From Verrucomicrobiota bacterium (GTDB lineage: Bacteria; Verrucomicrobiota; Verrucomicrobiia; Opitutales; Coraliomargaritaceae), in assembly GCA_039815375.1 (NCBI GenBank), contig JBCBZJ010000025.1:1-42150 (forward strand): a stretch of 42,150 bases of DNA. Reading direction: 5' to 3'. The position numbers and the translations under genes were made by a program. Below the pieces are notes generated by a model, which had not been told where the DNA came from, made no database searches, and saw only the letters and a program-made list of their open reading frames with translations. Shown piece by piece: positions 11,525 to 23,433 of this stretch (position 1 is its first letter; each line of letters starts with the position of its first letter).

Positions 11525-11750
11525 CTCAGACGCAGAAGCAACCCTATTGATTTACTTGTCTTTGAATTTCAAAGACTTATAGATAAATCTTCTCGTATTT
11601 TGTATTTCCAAAATGCGTCGAAAGATTTATCTGTGGACAGGCACAGTTTGATGAATAATTTTAGACATCTCTCGAAATTTCAAGTGGTCTTCTGAAACGT
11701 GTAATGCGTTTGAGAAGAAAGTTGCAGGACAACATTAGAATTTAGAGAAT

Positions 11751-14700
11751 ATGGACAGAACGAACATTCAACCTAAGGCCCAAGGCCTTTACGACCCACA
11801 GAACGAACACGAAAACTGCGGTATCGGTCTTATCGTAGACATGAAGGGCCGCAAGTCTCACGGTATAGTCAAAGGTGCGTTAGAAATCTGTGTCAATCTG
11901 GACCATCGCGGCGGCTGCGGCTGCGACCCGATCACCGGTGATGGAGCTGGTCTCTTCATTCAGCTTCCGCATAACTTTTTCAAAAAAATCTGCCCTCAAG
12001 AACTCGGCTTCGAAATCCCGGAAGATGGCGATTATGGAGTCGGTTTTGTCTTTCTTTACAGAAACAGCGAAGAGCGGAAGAATGAAGAAAATATTATCGA
12101 AGGACTTGTTGCCGAAGAGGGCCTGAAAATGCTCGGCTGGCGTGATGTGCCTGTCCGCAGCGAAATTCTTGGTAAGGCCTCCGCTGCCTGCGAACCTCTC
12201 ATGCGCCAATTCTTTGTGGACCGAGGTTCATACGAACGCGGCCTCCCCTTCGAGCGAAAGCTCTATTTGATTCGACGTCTCGCAACTCATCGCATTCGCT
12301 ACAGCGGCCAGGACGAAGACTCGCTTTTTTACATTAGTTCGCTTTCCAGCCGGACAATGACTTACAAGGGAATGCTCACAACCGAGCAACTTGAGCAATA
12401 TTTCCCGGATTTGGGTGACGAAGCGATGGACTCCGCCCTGGCGCTGACTCATTCCCGTTTCTCGACTAACACTTTCCCAAGTTGGCCCCGCGCCCAGCCT
12501 TTTCGCTATCTTTGTCACAACGGCGAGATTAACACGGTCCGCGGCAATGAAAACTGGCTTTACGCACGACAAATGGAAATTGCCAGTGAGGTCTTCGGTG
12601 ACGACCTCAAGAAGCTACTCCCTATCATTCGTGAAGACGGTTCCGACTCTCAGAAGTTCGACAACTGCCTTGAGTTTCTGGTTCTTTCCGGCCGCAGTCT
12701 GGCACATGCCATGATGATGATGATCCCCGAGCCATGGGAACGTCATAAGAGCATGCCGCAGTTCAAGCGCGACTTTTACGAATTCCACGCCTGCATGATG
12801 GAGCCATGGGATGGTCCGGCGTCTATGGCGATGTCCGACGGCGTCCAGGTCGGAGCAACCCTCGACCGTAATGGCCTCCGTCCGTCCCGCTACTATGTAA
12901 CTTCCGACGACAAGGTCATCCTTGCCTCTGAAGTCGGTGTCCTCGAAGGCATTGAACCTAAAAATGTCATTAAAAAGGGCCGATTGGAGCCAGGCCGCAT
13001 GTTCTTAATCGACATGAAAGAGGGTCGCATTGTCGATGACAGTGAGCTCAAGGAACAGATCGCAGCGGAACACCCCTACGGCAAATGGCTGAAAGACAAT
13101 CTAATCCAAGCCAACGCGCTTCCATCTCCTACCGATGAGCAGGTGCAGGTCGACGACTTCAAAACCATCCAGACCCGCCACAAAGCCTTCGGATATACAT
13201 TCGAGGACATGCGCTTTTTGATCGGTCCGAGTGCCGAGTCCGGCAAGCAGCCGCTCGGCTCCATGGGCAACGACGCGCCACTTGCCGTGCTATCGGACCA
13301 ACCGCAGCTCCTTTACAACTATTTCAAGCAGCTGTTCGCACAGGTCACCAACCCGCCAATCGACCCGATTCGCGAGGAACTTGTAACCGCCAGCGTGACC
13401 TTCATCGGTTCTGAGGGCGACTTGACTCGACCGGGTCCACAGAGCTGTCGGATGATCAAGTTCGAAAATCCTTTAATCAACCGTCGCCAGCTTGCGCAGC
13501 TTCGCTATATCAACCAGTCAGGTTTCAAATCGACCAAACTTCCCATTACCTTTGAGGCAGAAATCGGAGGATTGGCTGAAGGCCGCAACAGTGTCCGTAG
13601 TTCATCCATCTCGGGAAAGGGCCTCGAAGCTGCACTCGAAAAGCTTTTCGACAATGCTGATGCAGCAATTCGCGATGGTGTAAATATCCTCATTCTTTCA
13701 GATCGCAAGATTGGCGCAAAAAAGGCACCGATCCCTGCACTTCTCGCGGTTGCCGGTCTGCATCACCACCTTGTCCGGCAAGGCACTCGCACACGTGTCT
13801 CCATCGTGCTTGAGTCAGGCGAGCCACGGGAGGTCATGCACTTCGCTCTTCTTCTGGGCTATGGGGCAGATGCAATCAATCCTTACCTCGCGCTCGAGAC
13901 AGTCCGCCATATGGTGGCCGAAAACGAGGTCGATGGTGACGGCGACAAGGCCTGCAGGAATTTCCTCAAGGCCAATCTTGGTGGTGTCATCAAGACCATG
14001 TCCAAGATGGGTATTTCGACTGTGGCCTCCTATCGCGGTGCGCAAATTTTCGAGGCTATCGGCCTGAATCAGTCTGTCATCGACAAGTATTTCACAAAAA
14101 CCGCTTCCCGTGTCGAAGGTATCGGTCTCGGCACCATCGCCAAGGAAACCGAATCACGTCACCGCAGAGCTTACGCGCCACGCGATGACGAACGCGCCGG
14201 CGAACTCGATCCGGGCGGCGTTTATCAATGGCGCGCCGGCGGCGAGCGACATCTCTTCAACCCGATCACGATCCATAAGCTACAGAAGGCAACCCGTCTC
14301 GGTGACTATGCCGTCTTCAAGGAATACTCCGAGGTCATCAACAATCAATCCAGAGAGATGTTCACCCTCCGCGGACTGATGGAATTTAAGATCGACGAGT
14401 CCAAGTCCATCCCGATCGAGGAGGTCGAGCCTGTCGAGGCAATCGTGAAACGATTCAAGACCGGCGCAATGTCCTACGGCTCTATTTCCAAGGAAGCCCA
14501 CGAATCACTCGCCATTGCGATGAACCGTCTCGGCGGCAAATCCAACACTGGTGAGGGCGGTGAAGACATCGACCGCTTCACCCGTGATGAAAACGGTGAT
14601 CTCCGCCGCTCTGCGATCAAGCAAGTTGCGTCCGGTCGTTTCGGCGTAACCAGCTACTACCTCGTCAACTCTGACGAGATCCAAATCAAGATAGTGCAGG

Positions 14701-16403
14701 GCGCAAAGCCCGGAGAAGGCGGTGAACTTCCCGGCCACAAAGTGCTCCCACAGATCGCAAAAACCCGTGGCACCACTCCGGGCGTAGGACTCATCTCCCC
14801 TCCTCCACATCACGACATTTACTCGATCGAAGATCTCGCCGAGCTGATATATGACCTCAAGAACTCTAACGTTCACGCTCGCATCAACGTTAAACTTGTT
14901 TCTGAAGTAGGCGTTGGCACAATCGCCGCTGGTGTCGCCAAGGCAAAGGCAGATGTAATTCTTGTCTCCGGCTATGACGGTGGCACAGGAGCTTCTCCGA
15001 GATCCTCCATCCAACACGCGGGTGCTCCATGGGAACTTGGAGTAGCGGAAACAAACCAGACACTTCTTCTCAACGATCTACGCTCCCGCGTCGTCGTTGA
15101 GACGGATGGACAGCTCAAGACCGGCCGCGATGTTGCTATTGCCTGTATGCTCGGGGCCGAAGAGTTCGGTTTTGCAACGGCTCCACTCGTAACGCTGGGT
15201 TGCCTGATGATGCGGGTGTGCCATAAAAATACCTGCCCTGTTGGAGTCGCGACCCAAAATCCTGAACTGCGCAAGAGATTTATGGGCGGCGCAGACGCAG
15301 TTGTCCATTTCATGAACTACGTGGCTGAAGAACTGCGCGAGCTGATGGCTCAACTTGGCTTCCGTTCCATTCCTGAAATGGTCGGACGAGTAGACAGACT
15401 TGAGATGCGCAACGCGATCGAGCACTGGAAGGCAAAAGGTCTCGATTATAGCAAGATTCTCTACCGCCCGGAAGTGGATGAAGAAGTCGGCACCTACTGT
15501 CAGATGAAGCAGGACCATCTCCTTGAGAAGTCGCTCGATATGACTCAGATTCTCGAGCTCGCTCAGCCGGCCATTGAGGAGGGCAAGTCCGTCGAGATCA
15601 ACCTGCCGATCGTTAACATTAACCGTGTAGTCGGTACCATTACAGGTGCGGAAATCTCCCGCAAACATGGTCCAGACGGTCTTCCTGATGACACCGTAAA
15701 GATCAATCTAACCGGTTCAGCGGGCCAATCCCTCGGTGCATTTTGCCCGAAAGGTATGACTTTTACAATAACCGGCGACACCAATGACTATCTCGGCAAG
15801 GGTCTGTCGGGCGGCAAGATCATCGTCCGCCCACCAGAAGATTCACCGTTTGTCGCCCATGAGAATATCATCGCAGGTAACGTGTGCTTCTACGGTGCGA
15901 CCAAGGGTGAAGCTTTCATTGCAGGCATGGCTGGCGAACGCTTTTGCGTCCGCAACTCAGGTGTCGAAGCCGTCATCGAAGGTGTGGGCGACCATGCCCT
16001 CGAATACATGACAGGTGGCATGGTGATCAACCTCGGCACAACCGGCCGCAACCTCGGTGCCGGCATGTCAGGCGGAGTAGCCTACGTCTACGACGAGCTG
16101 GGCGATTTCGTCGAAAAACGACTGAACCCCGACATGGTTAATGTCTACAACCTGATTGAATGCGATGATGACGAAATCGAAATGGTTAAGACCAAGATCG
16201 AGAAGCACGTTGTGCTAACCGGTTCTGCTCGGGGCCGAGACATTCTCGCTGAATGGCCGGGCGTTGCAGGCAAGTTCCTCAAGATCATGCCGCAGGACTA
16301 TGAGCGCGTTCTTCAAGCTCAAACTCGTGCCGAGGAGCGTGGTCTCAAAGGAGACGATGCAGTCCTTGCTGCATTCGAGGAAAACGTCAAAGCGGGTCAC
16401 TAG
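11751..16403 (+). CDS. gltB: Glutamate synthase large subunit
   Basis: 1550 aa. Motifs EHENCGIG (Ntn Cys), [30 protein letters not shown] and [19 protein letters not shown]. Confidence 0.99.
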   Translation: MDRTNIQPKAQGLYDPQNEHENCGIGLIVDMKGRKSHGIVKGALEICVNLDHRGGCGCDPITGDGAGLFIQLPHNFFKKICPQELGFEIPEDGDYGVGFVFLYRNSEERKNEENIIEGLVAEEGLKMLGWRDVPVRSEILGKASAACEPLMRQFFVDRGSYERGLPFERKLYLIRRLATHRIRYSGQDEDSLFYISSLSSRTMTYKGMLTTEQLEQYFPDLGDEAMDSALALTHSRFSTNTFPSWPRAQPFRYLCHNGEINTVRGNENWLYARQMEIASEVFGDDLKKLLPIIREDGSDSQKFDNCLEFLVLSGRSLAHAMMMMIPEPWERHKSMPQFKRDFYEFHACMMEPWDGPASMAMSDGVQVGATLDRNGLRPSRYYVTSDDKVILASEVGVLEGIEPKNVIKKGRLEPGRMFLIDMKEGRIVDDSELKEQIAAEHPYGKWLKDNLIQANALPSPTDEQVQVDDFKTIQTRHKAFGYTFEDMRFLIGPSAESGKQPLGSMGNDAPLAVLSDQPQLLYNYFKQLFAQVTNPPIDPIREELVTASVTFIGSEGDLTRPGPQSCRMIKFENPLINRRQLAQLRYINQSGFKSTKLPITFEAEIGGLAEGRNSVRSSSISGKGLEAALEKLFDNADAAIRDGVNILILSDRKIGAKKAPIPALLAVAGLHHHLVRQGTRTRVSIVLESGEPREVMHFALLLGYGADAINPYLALETVRHMVAENEVDGDGDKACRNFLKANLGGVIKTMSKMGISTVASYRGAQIFEAIGLNQSVIDKYFTKTASRVEGIGLGTIAKETESRHRRAYAPRDDERAGELDPGGVYQWRAGGERHLFNPITIHKLQKATRLGDYAVFKEYSEVINNQSREMFTLRGLMEFKIDESKSIPIEEVEPVEAIVKRFKTGAMSYGSISKEAHESLAIAMNRLGGKSNTGEGGEDIDRFTRDENGDLRRSAIKQVASGRFGVTSYYLVNSDEIQIKIVQGAKPGEGGELPGHKVLPQIAKTRGTTPGVGLISPPPHHDIYSIEDLAELIYDLKNSNVHARINVKLVSEVGVGTIAAGVAKAKADVILVSGYDGGTGASPRSSIQHAGAPWELGVAETNQTLLLNDLRSRVVVETDGQLKTGRDVAIACMLGAEEFGFATAPLVTLGCLMMRVCHKNTCPVGVATQNPELRKRFMGGADAVVHFMNYVAEELRELMAQLGFRSIPEMVGRVDRLEMRNAIEHWKAKGLDYSKILYRPEVDEEVGTYCQMKQDHLLEKSLDMTQILELAQPAIEEGKSVEINLPIVNINRVVGTITGAEISRKHGPDGLPDDTVKINLTGSAGQSLGAFCPKGMTFTITGDTNDYLGKGLSGGKIIVRPPEDSPFVAHENIIAGNVCFYGATKGEAFIAGMAGERFCVRNSGVEAVIEGVGDHALEYMTGGMVINLGTTGRNLGAGMSGGVAYVYDELGDFVEKRLNPDMVNVYNLIECDDDEIEMVKTKIEKHVVLTGSARGRDILAEWPGVAGKFLKIMPQDYERVLQAQTRAEERGLKGDDAVLAAFEENVKAGH

Positions 16404-16446
16404 ACCTATACTCTCACTATCACTTTTTATTTTGACACTCTAGAAA

Positions 16447-17934
16447 ATGGGTAAAGCAACAGGATTTTTGGAATTCGAACGTAATGCGATCGCCGACCGT
16501 GATCCCATCGACCGTTTGAAGGACTGGGAAGAAACACACGTTCATCCCGAGACAGAAAAGGTTCAGACGCAGGGTGCCCGCTGCATGGATTGCGGCACAC
16601 CCTACTGCCACACTGGAATAACGCTTGCCAACATGGCCAGCGGTTGCCCCATAAATAACCTCATCCCTGAGTTCAATGACCTCGTCTACAAGGGCCGTTG
16701 GCACGATGCCTACCTTCGACTTTCCAAGACAAATAACTTCCCCGAATTTACAGGACGTGTCTGCCCTGCCCCCTGCGAGGGCTCCTGCGTGCTTGGAGTC
16801 ATTGAGCCGCCCGTCACAATCAAGAATATTGAGCAATCGATCATCGACAAGGCATGGGATGCAGGCTGGGTCACGCCAACCGCTCCGGAAGAGCTCACCG
16901 GTAAAAAGGTCGCGGTGGTAGGCTCTGGCCCTGCCGGTCTCGCTGCTGCTGATCAACTTAATCAAGCCGGACACCTCGTCACGGTTTATGAACGTGACGA
17001 CCGAATCGGCGGCCTTCTCATGTATGGTATCCCCAACATGAAGCTCCAAAAGGAAATCGTAAACCGACGAGTCGATCTCATGCGCGAAGAAGGTGTCACG
17101 TTCGTCACCAACACCGAAATCGGAAAGGACATTTCTTCAAAGCGACTCCTCGATGAGTTCGACGCCGTTATTCTTTGCTGTGGTGCAACCAAGCCACGCG
17201 ACCTCCCCATCCAAGGCCGAGAGCTCGGCAATATCCGTTTCGCAATGGAGTTTCTGGGGCCAAATACTCAAGAGCTCTGGAACATTCGCGAAGGCAAGTC
17301 CGAAGAGTTCACCGAGCTCGCGAAGGACAAGAACGTCGTCATTATCGGTGGAGGTGATACGGGAACTGACTGTGTAGGCACTTCCCTTCGCCATGGCTGC
17401 AAGAGCGTAACCCAGCTCGAAATCATGCCGAAACCCCCGGAGGAGCGCGCTGCTAACAACCCATGGCCAGAATGGCCCAAGACTTTCAAGGTCGACTATG
17501 GCCAAGAAGAGGCCGCTGCCGTGCAAGGTGAAGACCCACGACAATATCTGGTTTCTTCCAGCAAGTTTGATGGTGACGAAAACGGCAACGTAAAGGCCGT
17601 CCACGTTCACGACATCGAATGGACCAGCGATAACGGACGTTTCATCCCGAAAAAAGTAGAAGGCTCCGAGCGCGTGCTTGAAGCTGAACTCGTTCTCCTC
17701 GCTATGGGCTTCCTGGGGCCGGAAAGCACTATCGTGGATGAGCTCGAGCTCGAGCAGGATGCACGCTCCAATGTAAAGGCAGAATATGGGCAGTTCCGCA
17801 CCAGTGTGGACAAGGTTTTTGCAGCCGGTGACATGCGCCGGGGTCAGTCACTTATTGTCTGGGCGATCAACGAAGGCCGTGCAGTTGCCCGTGAGTGCGA
17901 CAAGTTCCTCATGGGCACCACCAAACTGCCCTAG
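16447..17934 (+). CDS. gltD: Glutamate synthase small subunit
   Basis: Motifs [43 protein letters not shown] and GDMRRGQSL. Confidence 0.98.
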   Translation: MGKATGFLEFERNAIADRDPIDRLKDWEETHVHPETEKVQTQGARCMDCGTPYCHTGITLANMASGCPINNLIPEFNDLVYKGRWHDAYLRLSKTNNFPEFTGRVCPAPCEGSCVLGVIEPPVTIKNIEQSIIDKAWDAGWVTPTAPEELTGKKVAVVGSGPAGLAAADQLNQAGHLVTVYERDDRIGGLLMYGIPNMKLQKEIVNRRVDLMREEGVTFVTNTEIGKDISSKRLLDEFDAVILCCGATKPRDLPIQGRELGNIRFAMEFLGPNTQELWNIREGKSEEFTELAKDKNVVIIGGGDTGTDCVGTSLRHGCKSVTQLEIMPKPPEERAANNPWPEWPKTFKVDYGQEEAAAVQGEDPRQYLVSSSKFDGDENGNVKAVHVHDIEWTSDNGRFIPKKVEGSERVLEAELVLLAMGFLGPESTIVDELELEQDARSNVKAEYGQFRTSVDKVFAAGDMRRGQSLIVWAINEGRAVARECDKFLMGTTKLP

Positions 17935-17935
17935 G

Positions 17936-18197
17936 CTAGTCGCACCTTAAAAAGCGCTACGCGGCCCCGAGAGCTGCGTAAAAATTGAGTTGATAGCGTA
18001 GTCCGCGCTGGCTGTAGCTCTGTTCGAGCCATAAAATGAAGGCCAAAGTAAGCTCGTTGATCCACTTTTTGATGTTCCATGCGGCTGCGGCAAGAGCGAG
18101 GTTCAGTCCGGCTCCTTGCGCTCCTTTGAGGAAGCATCTTTCCATGCGGTGGTCGTTCTTGAGGTGGCGGATGATCGGCTCTATCGCCGCTGGCCTA

Positions 18198-18200
<3 letters not shown>
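17936..18200 (-). mobile_element. IS5-family (IS1478-like) remnant: transposase C-terminus plus probable right end
   Basis: Minus frame AAIEPIIRHLKNDHRMERCFLKGAQG..NLALAAAAWNIKKW with stop at 17957, followed by TTTTTAAGGTGCGA and CTAG (17936-17939). The 5' part is missing and the boundary near 18200 is approximate. Confidence 0.8.
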
Positions 18201-19222
<1,022 letters not shown>

Positions 19223-19263
19223 ATCAAAAATCGAATAGACAAGGGTTCTTTTGACGAAGGTCG

Positions 19264-19300
19264 AACAAAATTTAAGGCTACTGTTTCGAGTAGCCTTAAA
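19264..19300 (-). terminator. Intrinsic terminator downstream of the redoxin gene
   Basis: Perfect 12-bp stem (TTTAAGGCTACT 19271-19282 / AGTAGCCTTAAA 19289-19300) with a 6-nt loop, followed by TTTTGTT on the minus strand. Confidence 0.7.
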
Positions 19301-19324
19301 GGGAAAATTAGTAGCACAAATCAA

Positions 19325-19921
19325 TTAATATTTCACCCTACACCCATAAGGTTTTGTGGTCGATTTTGCGATCTGTTCCCCATTGGTGTGGGACTCATAA
19401 GCGGCTACCAAGTAATTCTCGGCGAGATCGACATCGCTTACCTTAACAGATTTTATACTGTCAATTGCGCCTTGGTAAATCAGCAGTCCTTCTGGATCAA
19501 TTAGGAAGACATGAGGCGTTGTTCTAGCGTCGTATAGACGTCCGACTTCTCCAGTCGAATCGATCAAATAAGCAGTTGATTTGAAGCCTTGAATCTCACT
19601 CAGCCTTTGTGCTTGCTCCGCCTCCAAATATCCCTGCTTCCCCTTTGCCCCCGAGTTAATTTGCAACCAAACAACCCCTTTATCGGTCATACTTTCCTGC
19701 AGGGCTTGCATGTGGCCTTCGCGATAATGCTTCACCACAAATGGACACCTGTGATTCGTCCATTCCAAGACAACATATTTTCCTACAAAATCAGAAAGAC
19801 TATGTGAAGCTCCGGCAGAATCGATGAGAGTAAATGCAGGTGCCGAAACTCCGGTTTTGACTGCAGCGTTGAGACTAAAAACGAAGAAGTATGAGAAAAT
19901 GATGACAAGGTATGTTCTCAT
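19325..19921 (-). CDS. Exported redoxin (AhpC/TSA, thioredoxin-like) protein
   Basis: Signal peptide, then VVLEWTNHRCPFV, YDARTTPH, YQGAID and C-terminal PYGCRVKY. Confidence 0.85.
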   Translation of the reverse strand: MRTYLVIIFSYFFVFSLNAAVKTGVSAPAFTLIDSAGASHSLSDFVGKYVVLEWTNHRCPFVVKHYREGHMQALQESMTDKGVVWLQINSGAKGKQGYLEAEQAQRLSEIQGFKSTAYLIDSTGEVGRLYDARTTPHVFLIDPEGLLIYQGAIDSIKSVKVSDVDLAENYLVAAYESHTNGEQIAKSTTKPYGCRVKY

Positions 19922-20058
19922 AATCTGAAAGAAGCTGAATCATGAAAATTTTCAACCCGGACTCTACATTCGACCGGTTCGAACTCGTCGAATCGATAAG
20001 GAATACACCTTTCGCCTTCGCATAGCTTAGGCCTTTGACTGAGCCCTACAAAATAGAG

Positions 20059-20787
20059 CTATTCCCAGATACCCAATTTCTCAAGTTGTCTGGTAGCTTG
20101 TTCAGCCCAACCGCGATTAGCAGCCGGGCTTGCAGGGCTAGGATGTAGAATACGACCAATCTTAACGTCCGATCCAGCCAATGCCGCCTTTGCCCGATTC
20201 TCCGCAAAAGCACCAACCCCTATCACCCAATCGGGTTCTAAAATCTCGAAAACCTCGCGCATGTGCTGGTCGCATGCAGCGTAAAGCGGCTCAACCTCGT
20301 TTGCCGGCATTTTATCAGGCGTCCTATTTTTGCCGGAGGCTTCCATAAATACAAGGGGGCAATAGTTTGCCACAAAGTGATCCGAAAAGAAGGAATCAGC
20401 AGCACCGAAACGATCCTTGAAAGCACCCCAGAGACGACGGCCGCTTACTTCACTGCGAGTGCAGTTAAATCCATCGATAGGCCTCTTGGGGTGTTCGTTT
20501 TCAGGCTTATCGATCGCTACATCCACACCCACCCAATCCCGGGCATGTTCAACCTCACCAAAAGGAACACCGGTCTGAGCCATTCCGAACGGGCCGGGAT
20601 TCATGCCCAGAAAAACTATCTTTTTCTTCGAGTTACCATGCCGCTGCAGATAACGCTCGTGCCCTTTCCAAGCATAGCGCAAAGGGTTATAGACTGTATG
20701 TGTAGGCTCAGCAAAATCGAGCTGGTCCACGACGTCAGCTAATCTCACTACCGAAGCAATGAGCTGTTCAGAAATTGAATCAGCCAT
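20059..20787 (-). CDS. SMUG1-type (family 3) uracil-DNA glycosylase
   Basis: Motifs GMNPGPFGMAQTGVPFG, RSEVSGRRLW, NYCPL and ILHPSPASP. Confidence 0.93.
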   Translation of the reverse strand: MADSISEQLIASVVRLADVVDQLDFAEPTHTVYNPLRYAWKGHERYLQRHGNSKKKIVFLGMNPGPFGMAQTGVPFGEVEHARDWVGVDVAIDKPENEHPKRPIDGFNCTRSEVSGRRLWGAFKDRFGAADSFFSDHFVANYCPLVFMEASGKNRTPDKMPANEVEPLYAACDQHMREVFEILEPDWVIGVGAFAENRAKAALAGSDVKIGRILHPSPASPAANRGWAEQATRQLEKLGIWE

Positions 20788-21076
20788 TTCCTTGCCTTTC
20801 CGGAGAATCACTGTGCCCAAGGTCGTGCTCGGGTGCAATGTGATCACGAATGATTTGTTTAAGCTCTTTCATCTCAGGGAAACGGCCTTGAGTCTTCCGG
20901 TCCCAAAGAATTGAATCATCTACGCTGACAGAGAATTTCCCGCCTGTATCAGAGGGTTTCAGCGATACTGAACCGAGCTCTTTTTCAAAGGTTGTAAGAA
21001 GTTCCTGTGCTGCCCAGCCCGCCCGGAGCAACCATCGGCAACCGGGGCAGTATTCAATTACAACAGTGGGTTTCAT
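20780..21076 (-). CDS. SelT/SelW/SelH (Rdx) family protein, Cys form
   Basis: Motifs IEYCPGCRWLLRAGWAAQELLTTF, GRFPEMKELKQ and DLGHSD. Confidence 0.9.
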   Translation of the reverse strand: MKPTVVIEYCPGCRWLLRAGWAAQELLTTFEKELGSVSLKPSDTGGKFSVSVDDSILWDRKTQGRFPEMKELKQIIRDHIAPEHDLGHSDSPERQGNG

Positions 21077-21093
21077 TAACAAGAAAATCGAAG

Positions 21094-21600
21094 CTAGGTG
21101 TTTGAAGTTATAAGAATGTGCTTTGTCAGTTGCAGTTCTATAACGGCAATTTCACTGACGATAGTAGAAAGAGGCTTACCGTAAATTTTCAAATCCGGCG
21201 CAAGTTCGCTAAAGGGGACTGCAACAAAATCACGTTCGGCTATACGTGGATGTGGCAGTACCAGTCTATCGGTGTTTATTGAAATACTATCGAAGTCGAG
21301 CAGGTCGAGATCGATCGTGCGTGGCGTCCATTTTCCGCTGGAACGCACCCGGCCGAGCTGTAACTCGGTATCGAGGCAAGCCTTGAGAAGATCCAACGGC
21401 TCAAGCGAGGTTCTTACTTCAACTACGGCATTGAGAAAATCGGGGGCTCCCTCACCCATCCCAACAGGACGATTCTGGTAGATCGGACTCGAGCGCAATG
21501 CCTCAACCGGGAAATTTGACTCTAGCAGCCTAAAAGCCTCCCGCATCTGACCGACACGGTCACCGAGATTACTGCCTAAAGCAATGTAGGCTAGCGGCAC
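21094..21600 (-). CDS. folK: 2-amino-4-hydroxy-6-hydroxymethyldihydropteridine pyrophosphokinase
   Basis: Motifs AYIALGSNLGD, FLNAV, RTIDLDLL and LPHPR. GTG start at 21600 overlaps the folB end. Confidence 0.95.
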   Translation of the reverse strand: MPLAYIALGSNLGDRVGQMREAFRLLESNFPVEALRSSPIYQNRPVGMGEGAPDFLNAVVEVRTSLEPLDLLKACLDTELQLGRVRSSGKWTPRTIDLDLLDFDSISINTDRLVLPHPRIAERDFVAVPFSELAPDLKIYGKPLSTIVSEIAVIELQLTKHILITSNT

Positions 21601-21956
21601 CTTGTGACCTCCGCAGAGAAATATTCGCAAATGCAATCTACCGGAACAGAGGGTTTTTTTACTTTCACAGTGACCTCTCGGACTTTTTCGAAACGCTCCA
21701 GAACGGATATCGCTATCGCCTCTGCCGAGCTTTCGATCAGGTTAAAGCGTTTTTTTTCAAAAGCTTCTTTCACCGCGGTGTAGACCTCGACGTAGTTCAC
21801 TGTGCATTCGGTTAAGTCAGTCTCAAACTCAAGGCCGTCAATAAGCTTTAGTGTAACATCAATCTTAAAGCGTTGTCCCAGCTCCGCTTCTTCTTTGAGT
21901 ACCCCATGACGTGCGTAAAGCGCGAGGTTCTTGATTTCTATTTTCGTCTTATTCAT
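21591..21956 (-). CDS. folB: Dihydroneopterin aldolase
   Basis: Motifs YARHGVLKEE..LGQRF, TVNY, FNLIE and VKKP. Confidence 0.93.
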   Translation of the reverse strand: MNKTKIEIKNLALYARHGVLKEEAELGQRFKIDVTLKLIDGLEFETDLTECTVNYVEVYTAVKEAFEKKRFNLIESSAEAIAISVLERFEKVREVTVKVKKPSVPVDCICEYFSAEVTRCR

Positions 21957-22779
21957 GTCGTAAGCAGTGGTCGAGAACGTCTGCACATTCGCGATTTTCG
22001 CAAACGTCATGAACTCGGATAAAATCAGCTCCGCTCTGAATAGCGAGCGCAGTTGTTCCCAGAGTTCCGCTTAAGCGTGCCTTCGGGTCATCAAGCTTTA
22101 GAAGCTTTGCTATCATCGACTTACGAGAAGCACCAACCAGAAGTGGATAGCCCATTTCCCGAAGCTCAGGCAAGCGCCTCATAATCTCCCAGTTCTCGTC
22201 ATAGGTCTTGCCAAATCCCAGTCCGGGATCGAGCACAATGGCGTCGTCACGAACACCTGAGGCTTTCACGAGTTCTATGGATTTCTGGAGGAAATTCTTG
22301 ATCACCGTAATCACATCGCCATGCCCAGCCTCCTCTACAGGCCGATTATGCATAAGAATACAGGCAGCCCCGGTTCGACCGATCACCGCTGCCATTTCGG
22401 GATCTCGCTGCGCACCCCAAACGTCATTGATAATATCTCCCCCTGCTTCAAGCGAGGCAGCAGCAACTTCAGCCTTAGAGGTATCGGTAGAGATAAGCAC
22501 TTCGGTTTTTGATCGGATTGATTCGATAAAAGGCACAACCCGGGCAATCTCCTCCTCGACTGGAACAGGTTTGTGGCCCGGTCGTGTCGACTCGCCACCG
22601 ATGTCGATGATTTCCGCGCCAGCTTCGACCATCCCCAAAAACTGCGCCTCAGCAACGTCCTGATCGATGAAATCACCGCCATCCGAAAAGGAGTCAGGTG
22701 TCAGATTAAGAATACCGACAAGGTAAGTTTTGCAACCAAGCGGAAGGGCTCGGCGTCGAGTATAGAACGAATTGGTAAT
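21949..22779 (-). CDS. folP: Dihydropteroate synthase (start non-canonical, ATT proposed)
   Basis: Motifs IIDIGGESTRPG, INDVW, LDPGLGFGK, GASRKS and RVHDV. The frame extends upstream of the track start (22638) through VGILNLTPDSFSDGG to a stop at 22828-22830. Confidence 0.9.
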   Translation of the reverse strand: MTNSFYTRRRALPLGCKTYLVGILNLTPDSFSDGGDFIDQDVAEAQFLGMVEAGAEIIDIGGESTRPGHKPVPVEEEIARVVPFIESIRSKTEVLISTDTSKAEVAAASLEAGGDIINDVWGAQRDPEMAAVIGRTGAACILMHNRPVEEAGHGDVITVIKNFLQKSIELVKASGVRDDAIVLDPGLGFGKTYDENWEIMRRLPELREMGYPLLVGASRKSMIAKLLKLDDPKARLSGTLGTTALAIQSGADFIRVHDVCENRECADVLDHCLRHE

Positions 22780-22830
22780 TTGGGAAGAAAGGTGGGAAGG
22801 CCTGCCAAAATTGCTAACCGCAGAATCTTA

Positions 22831-23433
22831 TTATTCAGAGAGCGTGCCCTTAGTAGTGGGCACCGAATTCCCAAGGCGCGGATCAACCGTCGTAGCCATA
22901 TCAAGCGCACGGGCAAAGCACTTAAAGATCGCCTCTGCAATGTGGTGCGGCTCTTCACCATATTCGAGATTGATGTGAAGATTGCAGGCGGTCTCGTTGG
23001 CGAAGGCTTGAAAAAACTCCTTCACGAGAACGATGTTGAAGTCACGCACCATCGGAAACTCATAATCGACCTTGTAAACAAAGGCCTGACGATTCGACAG
23101 GTCCAGAGCTACGCGGGCGAGTGACTCGTCCATCGGCAGCACGAAAAAGCCATAGCGCCGGATGCCGCGTTTTTCACCGAGTGATTCCTTGAAAGCCTGC
23201 CCGAGCACAATCCCCGTATCTTCAACCATGTGGTGGTAATCCACCTCAATGTCGCCCGATGCTTTGATCTTAAGATCGAACAGCCCGTGGCGCGAAAAGA
23301 GCGTCAGCATGTGGTCGAAAAAGGGAATTCCGGTGTCGATTTCTGACGCGCCGGAGCCGTCGACATTCAGCTCCATCTGGATCTGAGTCTCTTTCGTGTT
23401 GCGGGTGAGGGTTGCTATACGTTGTTCAGCCAT
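22831..23433 (-). CDS. hisB: Imidazoleglycerol-phosphate dehydratase (monofunctional)
   Basis: Motifs [35 protein letters not shown] and PTTKGTL. Confidence 0.97.
   Translation of the reverse strand: MAEQRIATLTRNTKETQIQMELNVDGSGASEIDTGIPFFDHMLTLFSRHGLFDLKIKASGDIEVDYHHMVEDTGIVLGQAFKESLGEKRGIRRYGFFVLPMDESLARVALDLSNRQAFVYKVDYEFPMVRDFNIVLVKEFFQAFANETACNLHINLEYGEEPHHIAEAIFKCFARALDMATTVDPRLGNSVPTTKGTLSE

Noticed and set aside
18036..18197. Track-predicted N-terminus of the integrase
   Set aside because: It is the antisense of the IS5 transposase remnant, not integrase sequence.
19325..21076. Selenoprotein recoding in the redoxin or Rdx genes
   Set aside because: Both have Cys codons at the redox sites (CPFV / YGC and CPGC) and no in-frame TGA.
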